From contig CAZOYD010000006.1 of NCBI GenBank assembly GCA_964583985.1, forward strand, positions 23,858 through 87,129: a stretch of 63,272 nt of DNA, read 5' to 3'. This document shows positions 59,767-63,272 of this stretch, one piece after another. Position 1 is the stretch's first letter. The number at the start of each line of letters is the position of its first letter. The notes under the pieces were generated by a model. It ran no database searches and was not told where the DNA came from. It saw only the letters and a list, made by a program, of their open reading frames with translations. This stretch comes from an uncultured archaeon. GTDB taxonomy: Archaea; Asgardarchaeota; Lokiarchaeia; Sigyniarchaeales; SOKP01. Made by a program: the position numbers and the translations under genes.

Positions 59767-61803
59767 TTAATCTGATTCAAACAAATCAGAATATGGTTCA
59801 AGAAAATGGTTCTGACACATTGGACATGAATTATATTTCGAAAGCCATGCTGCTACACAAAGATAATGATAGGTACTTCCACAAAATGGACATGTAATGA
59901 GTTTATCTCTCGCAAAATTAATGAATTGATGACATACAGTGCACTGTACATCTGAAACTGCGATTCCTTGCTTTACTTTTACCTTATTAGATAAAATTTC
60001 TTCCGCTTTAGCCAATTCAACTTGATATAAGCCCAAGCTAGAATTTAAATTGTTTACTTTTGAGTTTAGTTCCGTAATTCTTTCCCTTAATTCCTCCTCC
60101 GTCAATTTTTCTGCAAGGAATGACGATAAAGCAAAATTTATCGGCAATCCTTCAAAATTCTCGGTTTGTTTAGTAATTTCAGTTATTTCCGCAAAAAGAA
60201 TTGATTCTTCATCAATCAAATCTTTAAAACTTTTAAAAATTTTATTCAATAAAATGGTAAGTAAGAAAGTAAGTTGTTGTTTCTTTCTATGAAAATTATC
60301 CTCCCAATGTTTAATAACTTGATAAGTATCGATATCACGAGACTTGTATTCATCTATTTTTTCATAGATTTGAGACTTGATGGTTTCAATTTTTGTTTTA
60401 TAATCTCGTAATAAATCTCTAATTTCTCTAAGTTGGGGTAACTCTTCTCTAATTATAACAGAAGCTTTATCCTCATAATCACCCATCATGGAATTGACTT
60501 CCAATATCCGATCATCGACAAATCTTCTTAATTCAACTCGTAATCCTTCATCTTTTATACTAGTAAGATAATTTTGATATTCTTCTTTTCTCCGCAATAA
60601 ATCATCATTTAATCGAGATAATGTTTTTTTTAATGATTCTGTAATGTTTTCATATGGTTTCAAGTATTTATCAAATCTTAAAATCCATGTATCTATCTCA
60701 TCAATTTTTGAGGAAATTGCATCTAGTTTTTCTTTATTGGAATTAATTATTTTAATAAACTCATCAGTCTCAGTCGTTTCAATTTGATTTAAGAGGTTTT
60801 GGAGGTTTTTATCGATCATTAAAAAATAATATTCAATCAATTTTGGAAGGAATTCGGTTAACTTTTGCTGAGCTAATAAATCAAAATTAAATTCTTGTTT
60901 TTCCTCAATCCTACGTTTTGCATCATATTGTTTAACTTCACTAATAAGGGCCTCTAATTTATCCTCAATTAAAGAAACTATGAAAGGCCACATGAAATCC
61001 CTTAAATTTTGAACTACTCCTTTTCTTTCTAAAATATTTATGAATTCTTCGCTAGAATAATCGGAAAAGATATTATTTTTATACAATAAATAGATGAAAT
61101 CTGAATATGCTGCATCGTGCTTTGGATGATTTTCTATGAAATATTGCAAGAATTCATTGAAATGAAAAGCAGGTAGAGATTCATTTCCTTTTTTTTTATC
61201 CTTTTTGGTATCTATTGGGGAAACTTCTCGTAAAAATTCAAGTGAACCTTTAATTTCATCCCATGCTTGCAAGTCTAAAATGGAATGATTAAATTGATAT
61301 CCGAGATTTTTAATCTTGCTTGCTTCAATCCACAAGTATACCTCATCATCATATTGTTTTTCTACTTCTTGTATCGTCTTATTAAGATATAGTCTTGTAG
61401 TATCGCACTTTTTAAGCAAGTCAGTAATGTTGATGAGGAATTCATCAAGATATGTATTATTCTTCAAGATTCTCTTGATATTTCTACCATTAGCAGTGAG
61501 ATTTGTCAAGTTTTGCCAAATGATTTCAAGTTCAGTTCCAATTTCAGATTTTAAATTGAAATAAAGATCCTTTGAACTACGAAGCAAGTATTCATCAACA
61601 AATTGTTCTATTTTCGTAAGATATTCACGATAAAACTCATAGTGTTGCAAGTGGAATTGTTTCTTGAGGTAATCATTAAATTCACTTTCCTCTACGTTTC
61701 TTTCCTTAAGTTGCGTTAAAGTTCTTCTTACTTCAAGAATCTCGTCCTTAGTAAAACCTAATATCTCTCTTGTATCGTTAAACTTATTATTAAAAAGCAA
61801 CAT
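59767..61803 (-). CDS. coiled-coil protein with C-terminal RING-type finger
   Basis: CTVC-x12-CPFC-x4-HYLC...W...CPMC. Confidence 0.85.
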   Translation of the reverse strand: MLLFNNKFNDTREILGFTKDEILEVRRTLTQLKERNVEESEFNDYLKKQFHLQHYEFYREYLTKIEQFVDEYLLRSSKDLYFNLKSEIGTELEIIWQNLTNLTANGRNIKRILKNNTYLDEFLINITDLLKKCDTTRLYLNKTIQEVEKQYDDEVYLWIEASKIKNLGYQFNHSILDLQAWDEIKGSLEFLREVSPIDTKKDKKKGNESLPAFHFNEFLQYFIENHPKHDAAYSDFIYLLYKNNIFSDYSSEEFINILERKGVVQNLRDFMWPFIVSLIEDKLEALISEVKQYDAKRRIEEKQEFNFDLLAQQKLTEFLPKLIEYYFLMIDKNLQNLLNQIETTETDEFIKIINSNKEKLDAISSKIDEIDTWILRFDKYLKPYENITESLKKTLSRLNDDLLRRKEEYQNYLTSIKDEGLRVELRRFVDDRILEVNSMMGDYEDKASVIIREELPQLREIRDLLRDYKTKIETIKSQIYEKIDEYKSRDIDTYQVIKHWEDNFHRKKQQLTFLLTILLNKIFKSFKDLIDEESILFAEITEITKQTENFEGLPINFALSSFLAEKLTEEELRERITELNSKVNNLNSSLGLYQVELAKAEEILSNKVKVKQGIAVSDVQCTVCHQFINFARDKLITCPFCGSTYHYLCVAAWLSKYNSCPMCQNHFLEPYSDLFESD

Positions 61804-61904
61804 TGAAATGCACGATTAATTCAATCTTAATACATGAATATATTATTTAGTATCGAATAAATTTTTTATTAAAATTATTAATAAGATACGAAATATCAAC
61901 ATTT

Positions 61905-61920
61905 ATCGTGATATCACGAT
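61905..61920. promoter_or_regulatory. perfect 16-bp palindrome
   Basis: ATCGTGATATCACGAT between psmB and the RING gene. Confidence 0.5.
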
Positions 61921-61953
61921 TATTAAAAATTAACAAGCAGAATAAAGCGAATT

Positions 61954-62583
61954 TTATTCTCCTAACTCATCAATCTCAATTGTCTTTTCTTGAGCGCCAC
62001 TTTTTGTTATGATGAGTAAATCTATTCCGTTACCCGACATTGCATCTCTTTTAATTGCATTACTAATAGCTTTTATAACGAGTGCTTCTCCAGCTTTGAT
62101 TGTCATGTTCGGTTTATAGTCCGCTTCTAAAATTCCGATAGATAATAACATTCCTGTCCCAGTTGTTCCATAATCATCTGGTATCAAAGAACCAAGAGCA
62201 TCCAAAGTGTATAAATGTGGACCATCATCGTCTATTCCTGCAACAACTAAATTTGTATATAATGGAGCTTGCTTTCGTGAATATAAGAAGTTTGAAATCA
62301 ATTTAGCAAGACTTTTAGTCGTGATCTCTTTTCCAGCATCAAGTTCATAGAGATTCGCTTGAGCTTGAAGGATTTTAACTAATATTTGAAAGTCTCCTAT
62401 CAGACCATAAGCTGCCACTCCTATATTTTCGGTAATCTTAAAAACCTTCTTTGTCGCTTTATTTGTAACTGTATAACCCCACGTTGCCCTACGATCATTT
62501 CCAAGGATAACACCATCCTTACATTTTATAGCAACGCCACAACTTCCCGGTACCATTATTTGTTGAGACATTTTTATCTTCAA
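61954..62583 (-). CDS. psmB: proteasome subunit beta
   Basis: CKDGVILGNDRRA, KKVFKI, G.IGD.Q, LYTLDALGS, RDAMSGNGID. Confidence 0.94.
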   Translation of the reverse strand: MKIKMSQQIMVPGSCGVAIKCKDGVILGNDRRATWGYTVTNKATKKVFKITENIGVAAYGLIGDFQILVKILQAQANLYELDAGKEITTKSLAKLISNFLYSRKQAPLYTNLVVAGIDDDGPHLYTLDALGSLIPDDYGTTGTGMLLSIGILEADYKPNMTIKAGEALVIKAISNAIKRDAMSGNGIDLLIITKSGAQEKTIEIDELGE

Positions 62584-62701
62584 AAATTTTCTTTTCTAGT
62601 ATTAAAGTACTATTTAGTATTAAATTAATGGGAATTAATAATTTTTTGTTTTAAATTATAACATTTGACTAAATAATCTGAAAAATCACGTTGTCGTATC
62701 A

Positions 62702-63032
62702 TGATCATAAATTGAATTGGTCTTCAAAATCTTAATCGCATGAAAAATCATTCGTATTCTGTCAATTTTTCCCAATTATTTACTTTCTAACTAAGTTGTG
62801 ATGATCACTAAATTGATCACATGACATTCACCCATGATAAAGTGACTTGATAATAAATTTTTTAATTTCTCTTTAAACTATGACAAAACAAATCATAACC
62901 CCCCTTTCCTCAACAATACCCATTGAATTACTTTGATAATAAAAAATTAAGTTCAACTTTTTCGTGTGATCAATCATCCAATGATCACGAATGTTTACCA
63001 TTCGATCAAAACATAAAGTTTTTGTCGTGATC
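62702..63032. repeat. cluster of TGATCA/GATC motifs in an intergenic region
   Basis: TGATCA at 62702, 62802, 62814, 62967 and 62982; GATC at 63004 and 63029. Confidence 0.6.
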
Positions 63033-63184
63033 TTTTGTTCATTTATTCCCCCATCTTCTTCTCATATTGCCAAAAGATTTAAATAACTCTTCGGATATTA
63101 TATTAACTAAGAAACTCTATAAATAAACAAAAAAAAAGTAAAAATACACGAATTAAAAATTTTTAATAGTGGAGGAATAAGACC

Positions 63185-63253
63185 ATGGCTAAAAAGAAAC
63201 ATAGATCAAGAATCATCTCGATTCTGAGTGTAGTTTTGCCTGGTCGCCAATAA
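63185..63253 (+). CDS. 22-aa ORF MAKKKHRSRIISILSVVLPGRQ (small or truncated gene)
   Basis: GGAGG SD before the ATG; a second GGAG plus ATG follows at 63262. Confidence 0.35.
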   Translation: MAKKKHRSRIISILSVVLPGRQ

Positions 63254-63272
63254 GGAGATTAATGAAGCAGCA

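Noticed and set aside
1072-62628. Numerous 60-150 aa ORFs antisense or out of frame within longer genes (e.g. 7198-7554, 20901-21299, 23336-23785, 42358-42717)
   Set aside because: Shadow ORFs of well-supported genes, with no motifs
1-63272. Selenocysteine read-through or SECIS elements
   Set aside because: TGA-terminated genes look complete; the hairpins at 18811 and 40684 do not follow a candidate selenoprotein

Overview
AT-rich chromosomal segment from an Asgard archaeon, most likely Lokiarchaeia. The assignment is inferred from archaeal information genes (Kae1/Bud32, eS28, eL8/L7Ae, eL24, eS6, RpoN, TFB, ProS, proteasome beta) together with eukaryotic-signature proteins (two gelsolin-domain proteins, a longin-like protein, a RING protein, an EMC3/DUF106 protein). 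I found no rRNA, tRNA, CRISPR array, transposase or prophage. The ORF track misses rpoN, rpl24e, a 35-aa histone-H1-tail-like peptide and at least three gene remnants. Strongest leads: (1) an EF-G-like translational GTPase fused to a YqgF/Tex-type RNase H-fold domain, downstream of a dual-specificity phosphatase; (2) a tandem array of four (formerly five) fusions of bacterial-type PlsY with a CTP-dependent lipid kinase, near a G3P dehydrogenase-type operon; (3) a TrmB-like protein split by about 520 helical residues with a polybasic-aromatic motif at the midpoint, a possible DNA-membrane tether; (4) three genes that appear to start at ATA behind good SD motifs; (5) a surface protein paired with a transmembrane wHTH regulator that has a homologous ectodomain. 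All family calls come from motif recognition by eye; no searches were run.
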